64,000 bases of DNA from Paraspadella gotoi (lineage: Eukaryota > Animalia > Chaetognatha). The position numbers and the translations under genes are program-made. The stretch is from assembly GCA_051294375.1 (NCBI GenBank), contig CM119264.1:6485238-6549237 (forward strand), in the 5' to 3' direction. This document shows positions 1 through 13,808 of the stretch, piece by piece. The notes beneath the pieces are model-generated. The model did no database searches. It saw nothing but the letters and a program-made list of their open reading frames with translations, and was not told the DNA's origin. How positions within the stretch are numbered: position 1 is the stretch's first letter; every line of letters begins with the position of its first letter.

Positions 1-328
1 TTTTTTTGGCCGAAATAAACGAAACGCGAAGAAGAAGCTTTGACCCGCGACGACGAAAACGACGACGACAACGACGACGACGACGACAACCAAAGACTAC
101 GAAGAAGAAATCAAATTTAAGTCGGATTTTTTCTAGTAGCGTTTAATACCCTTTTTTTAATTTTTCTTTTTCTTNNNNNNNNNNNNNNNNNNNNNNNNNN
201 NNNNNNNNNNNNNNNNNNNNNNNNNNNNNNNNNNNNNNNNNNNNNNNNNNNNNNNNNNTATTTATTTATTTATTTATTCATTTATTTATTTTTTTTTTAT
301 TTATTTAATTAATTAATTAATTATTTAA

Positions 329-362
<34 letters not shown>

Positions 363-676
363 TCTTTATTTCTTTATTTCTTTCTTTCTTTCTTTCTTTC
401 TTTCTTTCATTCATTCATTCATTCTTTCTTTTTCTTATTGAAAAAGTTCCCGACCAATAAGTTTAACTATCTCTCGGCTCCCGCTGCGTAGAACACAACA
501 GGGACGAGCTTCGTTGCTTAGCAACGCGACACACAACGAATCCGAAACGAAAACAAAAACCACCAAAACAAAACGAAACCTTTCACCCTTAACCTCACCG
601 ACCGTTTGTCAACGTCTGGTCAAAAGTAAACGAGTCACTTACTCTCACCGGCCTCACTTAATTTCGTCGAGTCACT

Positions 677-2470
677 TCCTCCTCCTCCTCCTCCTCCTCC
701 TCCCCCTTTTCCTCCTTTTCAATCGCCCCACAGTCCCCTTAAATGTTTGAAACAATTTAGATTCTTGATTGAAATTCAGAAAAACTGAAAGGAGCCCCCC
801 GAAAAGAAATTGGATTGAGTTACAAAGAAATCTTTCCTTTTTTTTTTCCAAAGACGGATTCAGCGAGTATTTACATCCATTACAGACTTACGAACCTTGT
901 CGATAGTGGGCGGTAGAGTGCTATCTGCAACTGTTTCAACCTCCTCTGGCAGCCATAGAACGAATCCTGGGCTTTGAACCAGGCTTAGGGCTTCCAGCAG
1001 GGTAGCCTCCATTAAGGAACGAACACGGTACGTAATGGTAAAGAGCTGATGGCTTTACTTAATGAGCCACCGGTCAAGGTGAACTTTTCGCAATGCCCGA
1101 AAACACTATTCATAATTTTGTTTCCCTTAATCATTAAATCGTAGCGACCATTTTGAGCGGTTTGGTAGTTTTTTGGTAGCTTTTTTTTACCAAAATTCAA
1201 CTAGTATTAATTACTAGCAACTTAAAAAACTAAAAAAAAATTGAGGTTTCTTTTAGTAGAAATCATAAATTATAACAAGTCTCATCTACAAATATTCAAG
1301 ATCGGAAACTATACATCATTTTAGATACCTTACTTGTATAATTTTTATTGATACTAAAATTTGTCAACAACTCCCCTCCCCACACACCCCCTCAATCTCC
1401 ACNNNNNNNNNNNNNNNNNNNNNNNNNCAAAAACGAGGAGAGATTCGATCAACTGTCCTCCTCCTCCTCCTCCTTCGCCCTCCTCCCTCCTCCTCCCTTT
1501 TTCCTCCTTTTTCATCGCCCACAGTCCCCCCTTAAATGTTGTGAAACATTTAGATACTTGATTGAAATTCAGCAAGAACTGAAGGGAGCCCCCCGAAAAG
1601 AAATTGGTCATGGGAGCCGGGGATGGTTTAGGGGGTAGGGTGCTTTGCTGTATTAGATGTGCTGGCGTAGTGAAGATCATTCCGGTATGTTGATGAGTAA
1701 TGCTGTTTTTTTATTTTTCCAAACAGACTCTGGATTCAGCGTAGTTAGTTTAGCATCCCATGTACAGATGCTAGCGCGAGAGTCTAGTAGCTGCTAATGG
1801 ATTCTTAGATGTTGTATGGATTTCAGTTCTGTAGTTAGGTCTAGTGTAGTAGTGAGAAGTAAGTGGCGTGATCACGCTATGGTGCGATCATAGTGGCATG
1901 CGCTGGAAGAGCTGCATGCAGAGACGTGGTACTGTCTCATGATGGATTACAGTAGTGTCCAGTATGGATGTTGATGGGAAATCGGTTTTGGCTTGTATTT
2001 AAAAAGGGTTTGGTTGCGCTGTGAATCTGCAACGGTTTCAACCTCCTCTCGGCAGCCTATAGAAGGAATCCTGGGGCTTTTGAACCAGGCTAGGGGCTTC
2101 CAGCCTCGGTAAGGCCTCCATTAAGGAACGAACCGGTACTAATGGTAAAAGAGCCTGATGGCTTTTTACCTTATTAGATGAGCCACCGGTCAAGGTGAAC
2201 TTTTCGCAATGGCCCGAAAACACGATATCATAAGTTTGTTTCCCTTAAATCATTAAATCGTAGCGCATTTTGAGCGGTTTGGTAGTTTTTTTGGTAGCTT
2301 TTTTTTTTCACCAAAATTCACTAGTATTAAATTACTAGCAACCTAAAAAACAAAAACAGAATTTTAGGTTTCTTTTCAGTAGAAATCATCAATTATAACA
2401 AGTCTCAATCTACAAATACTTCAAGACTCGCAAAACTTGTGTGTTGATACACTCATTTTAGATACCTAAC
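677..2470. repeat. Local duplication: ~650-bp segment (677-1335) repeated at ~1457-2470 with many indels
   Basis: Shared blocks, e.g. 'gagccaccggtcaaggtgaacttttcgcaatg' (~1065, ~2180) and 'cccacagtccccttaaatgtt' (~727, ~1518). The copies are separated by an N-gap, so a haplotype or assembly duplicate is possible. Confidence 0.85.
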
Positions 2471-2529
2471 TATTGTAAAGAGACTGCTAATTATTGTTAT
2501 AGTTAGTGATAGAACCGTTCAATATAAGC

Positions 2530-2670
2530 TAGTCCCTGGAGCTTCGATCAGGCTGGTAACAACCATGTTAGACAGGCGGGTTAAGCGCCAGACCGACCAA
2601 CCTGGGCTAGAACCCGGACCTTTTGGGTGGATGCGAATTGACTTGCCTCCGCAGCCAAGACCGCTCTGAA
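2530..2670 (-). mobile_element. Possible tRNA-derived SINE fragment
   Basis: Minus strand shows an A-box-like 'tggctgcggagg' followed by a B-box-like 'gggttctagccc'. No full cloverleaf. Confidence 0.35.
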
Positions 2671-2764
2671 TGAAAACGTTGGGTGGAGTTTTAGTCCACC
2701 ATAGATCCATATGTCACACTCCCCTCGCCCTACCCCCCCCCAATCTCCACCCCATCCACTCCAC

Positions 2765-3004
2765 CTGCGCGTCCCAGCCGACGTAGACCTCCTTCCGTCG
2801 ACGTTGGCTCCAATGCCGACAAGTTTGATGCTTACGCTCTTCCTTTTCTTTGTCGCCCACGATAGAGGAGAAGACGCCGACGAGCGTCGTCGCCCGCCAG
2901 TGCCCCCTTCACAGATGGCCCGATTCTTCCCCGTGTCGAGTGACGAATTGGCCGGGCGGGAGCCGGCGGTCATGTGAGTGGAGAGAAGAGAGAGAGAGAG
3001 AGAG

Positions 3005-3042
<38 letters not shown>

Positions 3043-5957
3043 TAAGAGAGAGAGAGTCGTAAACTACTTCAGCTCGTAGATTAGCATGATTCAAATTGCT
3101 AACGAGACTTTATCCTCGTCGTCGTCGTCAATGTCGTTGATGTTGTTGTTGCTGCTGTTGCTGTTGCTGTGGTTGCGATTCTTCCTCTACAGTTGCTTCA
3201 TTCTCTGTTTATCTCCGATACTCAAGACTCTCGATTCCAACTGCAGCAAATCGCATTCCTTTTCCAACGGCTCCTTCGTTCACTTCGCTTTGCTTCTCTT
3301 TCAATTTGAGTCTAAATTGACTCCGCACGAGTTTGAAATCAGCTGCGCAATTCGAAACGAGTTGTCGTCGTTCTTGTTGTCGTTGTTGTCGTCGTCGTTA
3401 ACCTCTTCCTGCGACGCGCGCCTGGAGATACAAGCAAAGAAATTGGTTGCCACGGTAACTCGTTTCGCTTTTTGGGGAGTTTTGTTCTTGTTACGTTGCG
3501 TTTTTGTTTTTTGTTTTTTTTTGTTTAGTTTTGCCGAAACGTCTTTTGTTTTCGTTATCGTTGTCCTTCTAACCTGACAGATCCATCGCTCTGGGACAAA
3601 AAATTTAATCACAGAGAGAAGGTTAAGACAAGACATAAAGAGGAAAGGAATAACGAATTAAGGTATTAAAGCTCGAATAAAAAAAACAAAACGGAGCGCG
3701 AAGGAACGAAAATAATAAGGCCTGAAGCGAATCTTAGGCGAAGAGTAAGTTGAAAGGTAAGTTGATCNNNNNNNNNNNNNNNNNNNNNNNNNNNNNNNNN
3801 NNNNNNNNNNNNNNNNNNNNNNNNNNNNNNNNNNNNNNNNNNNNNNNNNNNNNNNNNNNNNNNNNNNNNNNNNNNNNNNNNNNNNNNNNNNNNNNNNNNN
3901 NNNNNNNNNNNNNNNNNNNNNNNNNNNNNNNNNNNNNNNNNNNNNNNNNNNNNNNNNNNNNNNNNNNNNNNNNNNNNNNNNNNNNNNNNNNNNNNNNNNN
4001 NNNNNNNNNNNNNNNNNNNNNNNNNNNNNNNNNNNNNNNNNNNNNNNNNNNNNNNNNNNNNNNNNNNNNNNNNNNNNNNNNNNNNNNNNNNNNNNNNNNN
4101 NNNNNNNNNNNNNNNNNNNNNNNNNNNNNNNNNNNNNNNNNNNNNNNNNNNNNNNNNNNNNNNNNNNNNNNNNNNNNNNNNNNNNNNNNNNNNNNNNNNN
4201 NNNNNNNNNNNNNNNNNNNNNNNNNNNNNNNNNNNNNNNNNNNNNNNNNNNNNNNNNNNNNNNNNNNNNNNNNNNNNNNNNNNNNNNNNNNNNNNNNNNN
4301 NNNNNNNNGTTCACAAAAAAAAGCATTTGAACCGATGACAGGGATTTTTTTTCTCTCGGAAGATGGATTGAGGTCAACCTTATTAAATTAACGGGCGACA
4401 TTAGCGACGTCAAGCGGGACACGGAGAAAAGAACCGCGCGTCGACGACAATGCCGACGACGACGATGACGATGACGATGACGAAGATGACAACGATGACA
4501 AAGTCTACTAAACGGAAAAAAGCGACACCATGAAATCGAAGAAAAATAGCAGATGACAACGATAATGAAAAAAAAAATTAAGCTGATTATCGCCAAAAGA
4601 AGTCAATTGACTGTTTGAGTTTGACTTGGCGAAATCTTTGACGACGACGACGACGACNNNNNNNNNNNNNNNNNNNNNNNNNNNNNNNNNNNNNNNNNNN
4701 NNNNNNNNNNNNNNNNNNNNNNNNNNNNNNNNNNNNNNNNNNNNNNNNNNNNNNNNNNNNNNNNNNNNNNNNNNNNNNNNNNNNNNNNNNNNNNNNNNNN
4801 NNNNNNNNNNNNNNNNNNNNNNNNNNNNNNNNNNNNNNNNNNNNNNNNNNCCGATGACGACGACAACGACGTCTCTTGAAAGTCGAAGAAGAAATAAAAA
4901 GTCAACGATATTGATAACAACAAACAAAATGACATCGAAGAGGAAAAAAAAACGAGTCGATTCCAAATTCCACGTTTCAAGTGTTTTTGTCGATGAAGGT
5001 AAAGATGGAGTTGGAGACTCTGATGGAGATGGCAGAATAAAAAACCAACAACATCAACGCGACATCGAGAATAAATAAAAATAGGGGTGAGTTCGGGTGA
5101 GGAAGTCGTGGACTTTTTAGGAAACGATGGAATGAAAACTTTTTTTTCAAATTTAAAAAAAAATTGAGTGGGAGAATCAAGAAAAAGAGAGAAAAAGGAC
5201 AATAGAAAGAGAGAGAGTACAAAGATTAAAAAAGAAATAGAAAGAGAGAGACAGAGTACAAAGGGAAAATCGCCTTAATCCGATTGTTTGTCATTCCCCG
5301 CGAACCTGTAAGCGCGAGTGGGCCCAAACTGTGAGAAGTCTACTTTTTTTCTTTAAGATTTTANNNNNNNNNNNNNNNNNNNNNNNNNNNNNNNNNNNNN
5401 NNNNNNNNNNNNNNNNNNNNNNNNNNNNNNNNNNNNNNNNNNNNNNNNNNNNNNNNNNNNNNNNNNNNNNNNNNNNNNNNNNNNNNNNNNNNNNNNNNNN
5501 NNNNNNNNNNNNNNNNNNNNNNNNNNNNNNNNNNNNNNNNNNNNNNNNNNNNNNNNNNNNNNNNNNNNNNNNNNNNNNNNNNNNNNNNNNNNNNNNNNNN
5601 NNNNNNNNNNNNNNNNNNNNNNNNNNNNNNNNNNNNNNNNNNNNNNNNNNNNNNNNNNNNNNNNNNNNNNNNNNNNNNNNNNNNNNNNNNNNNNNNNNNN
5701 NNNNNNNNNNNNNNNNNNNNNNNNNNNNNNNNNNNNNNNNNNNNNNNNNNNNNNNNNNNNNNNNNNNNNNNNNNNNNNNNNNNNNNNNNNNNNNNNNNNN
5801 NNNNNNNNNNNNNNNNNNNNNNNNNNNNNNNNNNNNNNNNNNNNNNNNNNNNNNNNNNNNNNNNNNNNNNNNNNNNNNNNNNNNNNNNNNNNNNNNNNNN
5901 NNNNNNNNNNNNNNNNNNNNNNNNNNNNNNNNNNNNNNNNNNNNNNNNNNNNNNNNN

Positions 5958-5991
<34 letters not shown>

Positions 5992-7236
5992 AAAATTTTT
6001 GTGTGTTCATGCGTCGAAATTCGTCCAGGCACGTAGAATTTTGAAATTATCCAAGATTGGAAGGAGAATTATTTCGTCGTCTTTAACGTTGTTCTCGTAG
6101 TCGTCATTGTCGTCGTCGGTGCCGTCGTTTTAGTTGTCGTCGTCGTCGTCTTCCTCGTCGTCGTCGTCGTCGTCACCTCAATCCACTTCATATTTCGCAA
6201 AACTGGTTGTTCTACTTATAGGGATCGGACCATAAATCTGGACAAAGTGTCAATTGTCAGATTTAAAAATAAAAAAAATCTTTATTTTCTCATTTAAAAA
6301 ATTAATGATTTCAATTTAGACACTTTTTTGGTGTTTCATGCACGAAAATTACATGCAATAATAATGAATGAGATTTTTGAATGATTGAAGATAGCAGAAA
6401 TTTAATCCTTTTTACCCTTAAATTTATTATAGTTAGAAGTATGTAACCATTAATTGATAATAGGAATAAAATGTAAGGTCTCTTTTTTCTCATTCTCCCT
6501 CTCTATCTCTTGCATCATCTGTCTCGTTCTCTGTCCCTCTTTTTTCGTTTATTTCCAAAAAAAAACCAATTTGTGTTAAATTCTTAATTAATTAATTTCT
6601 GTTTCTATTAATTTGTGAATTTGCTTTTTGAGTTAGTCGACTTGCTGTTAATATGCTGTTTGAGCTGCTTTTGTGAAGCGAGGTTAAACTAGGTATATTT
6701 TGTATTTTTATCATCAATACTGTGTAACTTTCATTTTCTATTTGGCTGTCTATATGAGAACTAATAGAGACNNNNNNNNNNNNNNNNNNNNNNNNNNNNN
6801 NNNNNNNNNNNNNNNNNNNNNNNNNNNNNNNNNNNNNNNNNNNNNNNNNNNNNNNNNNNNNNNNNNNNNNNNNNNNNNNNNNNNNNNNNNNNNNNNNNNN
6901 NNNNNNNNNNNNNNNNNNNNNNNNNNNNNNNNNNNNNNNNNNNNNNNNNNNNNNNNNNNNNNNNNNNNNNNNNNNNNNNNNNNNNNNNNNNNNNNNNNNN
7001 NNNNNNNNNNNNNNNNNNNNNNNNNNNNNNNNNNNNNNAAAGGTTCACTTTAACTTACCTCAGGTCGATTGGGGACGAAGTGGAAATTCCATTCGAAATC
7101 GAGGGAAAGAAAAATTCCGGTCCACGAAAAAATGAGGTTTTTTTTTCTTAATCAAAAGTTGACTTTTACAGAATTTACTTCGCGAAGCAGAATTCAGTTG
7201 TAAAAACGGATTGGGTTATACGGGAACAGCGCGGCC

Positions 7237-7288
<52 letters not shown>

Positions 7289-7674
7289 GAGAGAGATGAC
7301 TCCACCGCTGACTGTAGTTGAGGCGGAAGCCAAGAACCAACCGTACTGCTCCGTCTCCGGTGCTTCGCACACTTTGATGCAGAAAAATGAAAAGTTCTCT
7401 CGATCATGGACCGCAACGAAAGATAAAAAGGTCAATTGACAATTCGACAAGGACTGCATGTCAGGTGGTCGAATCATTGCGAGGATTGAGTGGCTTGCAG
7501 ATAAAATCATTATCATTATCGACAATATGTCTTCTCGATTTTTGTTAATAAATTTGTCAAAAATTCTTGACAGATTTTCTTTCTCGACAAGTTTTTCATT
7601 TTCGAATCAAAGATTCATAATTTTTTTTTCATTTAACCCAATTTTCTTATCCTTTTCGATTCAGTGAATCTCTT

Positions 7675-7708
<34 letters not shown>

Positions 7709-9439
7709 NNNNNNNNNNNNNNNNNNNNNNNNNNNNNNNNNNNNNNNNNNNNNNNNNNNNNNNNNNNNNNNNNNNNNNNNNNNNNNNNNNNNNNNNNNNN
7801 NNNNNNNNNNNNNNNNNNNNNNNNNNNNNNNNNNNNNNNNNNNNNNNNNNNNNNNNNNNNNNNNNNNNNNNNNNNNNNCTCTCTCTCTCTCAACCAGTGA
7901 AAAAGGAACTCATTTCTTCCGCGGAATTCATTAGTGTCACCAAATTCGTTCACCGTCTCTCGCTCATTACTCATTAACGCGTCATCGCGCATAAATTCCT
8001 TGTGACTCATTAATTCATCATTTATCATACATTTATTCATCGCTATTTATGACTCATCACTCGATCGTTAATCGTTCATCATGCAGTAGATTTTTAAACA
8101 ATTTGAAAAAAACTCCTCGCTTCGGCCACGTTGTTTGACATCACATGTTTTCACACTGCGCCAGAGGCCATATCACACCATGCCGGTCAATATCACATCA
8201 CTACACACCACGCCATATGACACCACCCAAAATCTAATCAGGCCATTTCACACCACGCAATATATCATATAACATCACTCCTGACCACGTCATACTACTC
8301 CACTCCCAAATCGAACCACACAACATTTAACCACACCACACCACCTTTAACCACTCCACATTTAACCACACCACATTTAACTACACACAATTTCACCACA
8401 CCACACCATATTTAACTACACAACATTTAACCACACCACATTTAACCACACAACATTTAACCGCACTACGCCACATTCAATCACACAACATTTAACCACA
8501 CCACACGACATTTAACCACACAACATTTAACCACACCACACCACATCTAACTACTCAAAATTTAACCACATCATATTTAACCACACAACATTTAACCACA
8601 ACCCACCACCTACCTGGAGAGAAACTGGACTTTAGCGAAAGTCGTCGCTTCTTTGATCCAAACGGCGGGAATCTCGGAGACGCAGGTGAATGAGACGGTG
8701 CTGCCCTCTGTCACGGCCGAGCGAACCTGGTGGGCGGGAAAGGAAAACAAAAAAAGGACTTTTGAGAAACAAAAGACGCGAGAAAAAAAAATGGAATGGA
8801 ACCGTCGCCGCCTCCGCCTCCTTTGCACATTTGCATAGGAAATCGTATTCGCCGATTTGTCACTACGGGAAGAAGGAAACGCGACGTCCTTTTCAACACG
8901 ACTTCCGACCGTAGTGAGCCAAATAAAGAATTAAGAAGATTAAACCGCGAACGAACGAAAGTTACACCAGCACAAGCATAAACATCACTTCCGTGACTTG
9001 GAAAATCTAAAATCTGAGCGATGATTCTTGTGATTTTCACAATCAACAACACCGACTCGCCTCCTTCGCCTAATAACTTTGACGCACTGATAGGCAACCG
9101 GATAACGACGTGGCACCCTGAGTCAGGTCACCAGGCCGGGAGATGCACCAAGGCCCTTGGCAAGGGCCGACGCGGAAATAAGCTCCCTATCGATGACGCC
9201 TATAGCGCCGGAACGCCGAGCCGAGACGCGGGAGGGCCCCGCGCCGGATCCTCGAAAAGTGGGAAATCCGTCATTTTCGCAAAATCGTCGTCGTCGTCGT
9301 CGTCGTCGTAATACGTAGTAATACTCCCTATCACTAACATTCATCGGGTTCCATACTGAGGTCGTTGATTCAATAATCGGTATTCAATCTGTTACTTACT
9401 TTCTCAATCGGTCGTCGACTTTTTGTCGGCATTGTCACC

Positions 9440-9470
<31 letters not shown>

Positions 9471-12400
9471 NNNNNNNNNNNNNNNNNNNNNNNNNNNNNN
9501 NNNNNNNNNNNNNNNNNNNNNNNNNNNNNNNNNNNNNNNNNNNNNNNNNNNNNNNNNNNNNNNNNNNNNNNNNNNNNNNNNNNNNNNNNNNNNNNNNNNN
9601 NNNNNNNNNNNNNNNNNNNNNNNNNNNNNNNNNNNNNNNNNNNNNNNNNNNNNNNNNNNNNNNNNNNNNNNNNNNNNNNNNNNNNNNNNNNNNNNNNNNN
9701 NNNNNNNNNNNNNNNNNNNNNNNNNNNNNNNNNNNNNNNNNNNNNNNNNNNNNNNNNNNNNNNNNNNNNNNNNNNNNNNNNNNNNNNNNNAAAAAAAAAG
9801 AGAGAAAGAGAGAAAGAAGAGAGAGATGTCAATTTTAAATTTTATATCGCATCGGGCCTGAAGAGAGGAGAGAGCGAGAGACATGTGAACATCGAAGTAA
9901 CAAAAGAATCGGAAGGCGGCGCCACCGGTTTCGTTTCATGAATAATTAATCGAGGAATCGAAAAAGAAAAAAAAAAGATCATTTTCTGCGGGAGAAACTT
10001 TTTTTTTTCTTGATCTCGCAGGTTGAGTATCTTAACTGAAGCGGAGCTATGTAGGTGATTTAAATATAGACAAGTGAAATTTATAAAATTCAAATTATAA
10101 CGATAAAATAATTTAATTGGTTTCTGATTTGAATTTTCCACTCTCCCGAATGCGCTTTTTTTTTATGAACTTGGTACAACCCAATATAATTTAAGACTTA
10201 AACCCAATTTTCGATGGCATTCTTTTAATATTTGCTTTAGAAAAATTTGAATATGTCAAATTCCCGAGTATCTTAGAACGTCTCTATATATCGGTTTTAT
10301 TTTGCCGATAGCAAGTTCTCTTCCCATCGACCCAGAATTGTCAAAGGAAATCAAGAACCAATCACTTAATGGAAACAAATGATCGACTGAGCGATCGATG
10401 GCCGCGCCACCTCCCTACCCTTCACTTCCCCTCCTCAAAAAAATAAATATCCCAAACCTTGAAACTCTTTTGTTATTAAATCCAAATTTGTCTTTTTGTT
10501 TTTCTTTGTACNNNNNNNNNNNNNNNNNNNNNNNNNNNNNNNNNNNNNNNNNNNNNNNNNNNNNNNNNNNNNNNNNNNNNNNNNNNNNNNNNNNNNNNNN
10601 NNNNNNNNNNNNNNNNNNNNNNNNNNNNNNNNNNNNNNNNNNNNNNNNNNNNNNNNNNNNNNNNNNNNNNNNNNNNNNNNNNNNNNNNNNNNNNNNNNNN
10701 NNNNNNNNNNNNNNNNNNNNNNNNNNNNNNNNNNNNNNNNNNNNNNNNNNNNNNNNTTTTAAGTTCGAAAAATTCACTTGTAATAGTCGCTCATTTCATC
10801 TCATATAGTCTCATCCGATCTGATATGATCATTTCATCTCTTCTCATCTCATCTCATCTCATCTCATTTCAACTCAACTCAACTCGACTCGACCTCATCT
10901 CAAAAATAAAAAAATAAACAATTGAAAAAGTTCTTCTTTTATTTTTGACAAATTTTAAAATTAATCTACGATCGCTCCATCTTGCGGTTCGCGGGGAAAA
11001 CTGACAACGAAATAAAAGACTTTCCCTTTTTAGAGAAAAAAGAGTTTATTGTTTACTTTGACTGTTTATTGNNNNNNNNNNNNNNNNNNNNNNNNNNNNN
11101 NNNNNNNNNNNNNNNNNNNNNNNNNNNNNNNNNNNNNNNNNNNNNNNNNNNNNNNNNNNNNNNNNNNNNNNNNNNNNNNNNNNNNNNNNNNNNNNNNNNN
11201 NNNNNNNNNNNNNNNNNNNNNNNNNNNNNNNNNNNNNNNNNNNNNNNNNNNNNNNNNNNNGAGAGAGAGAGAGAGGGAAGGGATTTTTGCTTGACGTCAT
11301 TTCTCCGCCGTCGAAGACCAAAAGTTTCTATCTCATTTTTCTTCTTCAGTTGCGTCGCTCAAGAAATGGAAAGAGTGAAAGGGAGGAAAGGGAGATAAGG
11401 GAGATAGGAGGGAGGAAAGGAAAGGAAGAAAGGAAGGAAATGAAATAAAGAAAGAAATGAAGCAAAGGAAATAATGAGAGAAAAAATGAACAGAAATAGA
11501 AAAAGAAAGCAAAATGAAAGAAAGAAATGAAGAGAGAAAGAAAGAGATAGAAAAAGAAAGAAAGAAGGAAGAAAAGGAATAAGGATAGAAAGAAAGAAAA
11601 AGCATGTTATTATAAAAGTCGAAATTAATAAAGTGAAATGAACTGAATTACGGACGGAGACAGAGATACGTGTAAAAAAACACCAGGAGAAATGGGGAAA
11701 AAAAAGACAGTGAGAAAAAGGAAAAAAATGAAAGTGGAACCAAAAAAAAAAAAAAGGAAAAAGAAAGAAAGGAAAAAAAATGAACAAAAAAAGAAGGAAA
11801 GAAAAGAGAAAAGTGAATCGGTGCCTCGATATTGTTTCTTCTTTTTTTTTCAGCTGCGAGAGACACAAGTTAACAACGAAAAGACGAGATTCTTTTTTTT
11901 TCTTTATTTTTTTTTCTTTTTTTCTTTCTTTTTTTTCTTTCGGATTCTCGTGGGATTTCGCGTCGAGAACGAGGAAGGGAAGAAAGGGGGGAGTCTGTAG
12001 GGTGCAAAGGGGCGACAGGTCTAAGGGGTGGTTAATGTTGCTTGTTCAGTGAGTGGTAGAAAAAACATCCTTGTTTAGGGGCGCAAAACCTGAAATTCGG
12101 GGTCAGAGAACGCAGACGAAAGAGGGGGCGGGATTTGGGATCAGTTTCATCGTCCGTGACGATCAGATATAAAAAGAGGGAAGTGAGGAACGAAGTTTTT
12201 TTTAGGTTTGAGATTTTGATTTGGTTGACGATCGAGGGTCACAGTTGATTCTTGTTCTGGATGAGGAAATGGGCAAACGTCTAAGATTAAAAAGTTCCTT
12301 TTGATTGGTCCCGCGAGTCGCGACGGAACCAGAAGATGGTGAGGTCGTTTTAAGCCCTAAACCGGACAAGATCTTGGCCATTCNNNNNNNNNNNNNNNNN

Positions 12401-13775
12401 NNNNNNNNNNNNNNNNNNNNNNNNNNNNNNNNNNNNNNNNNNNNNNNNNNNNNNNNNNNNNNNNNNNNNNNNNNNNNNNNNNNNNNNNNNNNNNNNNNNN
12501 NNNNNNNNNNNNNNNNNNNNNNNNNNNNNNNNNNNNNNNNNNNNNNNNNNATCGATGCTTTCTCTCATGATTTCACTTTCTCTCGTTCACCTTCGCCAGT
12601 CTTCAATCTTCTTTCTTCAGTTTTCCCTTTTTTTTTGTTTTCATCCAATTTTTGTTTATCACGGTCGCCAGGAGACTACGCGAAATGTTAAGGTGAACCG
12701 ATTAGTAATTTGTTTCTATTGTTACAAAATTATAAAATCATAAATTACTTTATATATCTATTTCCTTTTCTGCACGAATATTTATACATTTACACATTTA
12801 TAGGATGTGGGCTGAAATGTTTGAAAAAACTATCGGAATATATGTCTCCTTACTCTAGAAGTATTCCTTTCAAAAATATATATTTTCTTTGTACGAGAAC
12901 ATATAATATACATTTAATCAGCATGTGTGGCGAATTATAAATTCGCCTCCTGTATAGCTTGGCAATACTCAGCTCGTCCCATTAGACGGGAAAGCTAAGT
13001 ACTGATTAAAGTGTGATGCTATTGGCATAAACACGCCAGTGACATGAGGTGGTCACCTCAGGTCCAAAGCCCTGAGCGCCAGCTGTCGGGAGATGTCTCT
13101 TTAAATTTCCTTTTTATTTCCGGCCCACCCTATCGATCCTCCGAACGCATTATTCATGGCGGCGATTATTACTTTCGCCTCCCGTTGAGATTCCGATTCG
13201 GGGAAACAAGGAATAGTGAGAAGGTAAGGTTGGGTGAGGTGAAGCAGCCAAAGTTAGGTGAAATGGGTGAGAAAATGAGGGAAAGTCTTTGTTTATATAT
13301 CAACTAAGTAAACGAAACCAGTGTTAAAACTTCGTTTATGTAACCTTTACATTGTACCATAAGCACCGCATATAACGTTCTTGACTTTAATGACTCGGAA
13401 ATTAAAATTAAGCGATTTATATGAGCCAGACGGAAACTTGTACCTCGAGCAAAAAGCTTCTTCGCCATGTGACCATCACGTGTTGCGCCTCCGAGATGAT
13501 ATAAAGAGTCACGTGACCTTGTGATGATCGGTGAGAGAAAAGAGGAGAAGAGGAAATCAAAACCCAGAGGCCAAAACGGGCGGAGCTTTCCTCGGCCATA
13601 GAATAAAGAATAAGAGATGCTTAATGGGGGTGAAGGCCGAAGCCTGCCCCAAAATTCTCCCTCCTCTCTCTCTCTCTCTCTCTCTCTCCTCTTCTCTCTC
13701 ATCTTCTCTCTCCCTCCTAAGACGTTCCATTCCCCGCCATTTTGTNNNNNNNNNNNNNNNNNNNNNNNNNNNNNN

Positions 13776-13808
<33 letters not shown>

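Noticed and set aside
677-2470. Functional tandem exon duplication
   Set aside because: The second copy differs mainly by scattered indels next to an N-gap, consistent with an unpolished or haplotypic duplicate.
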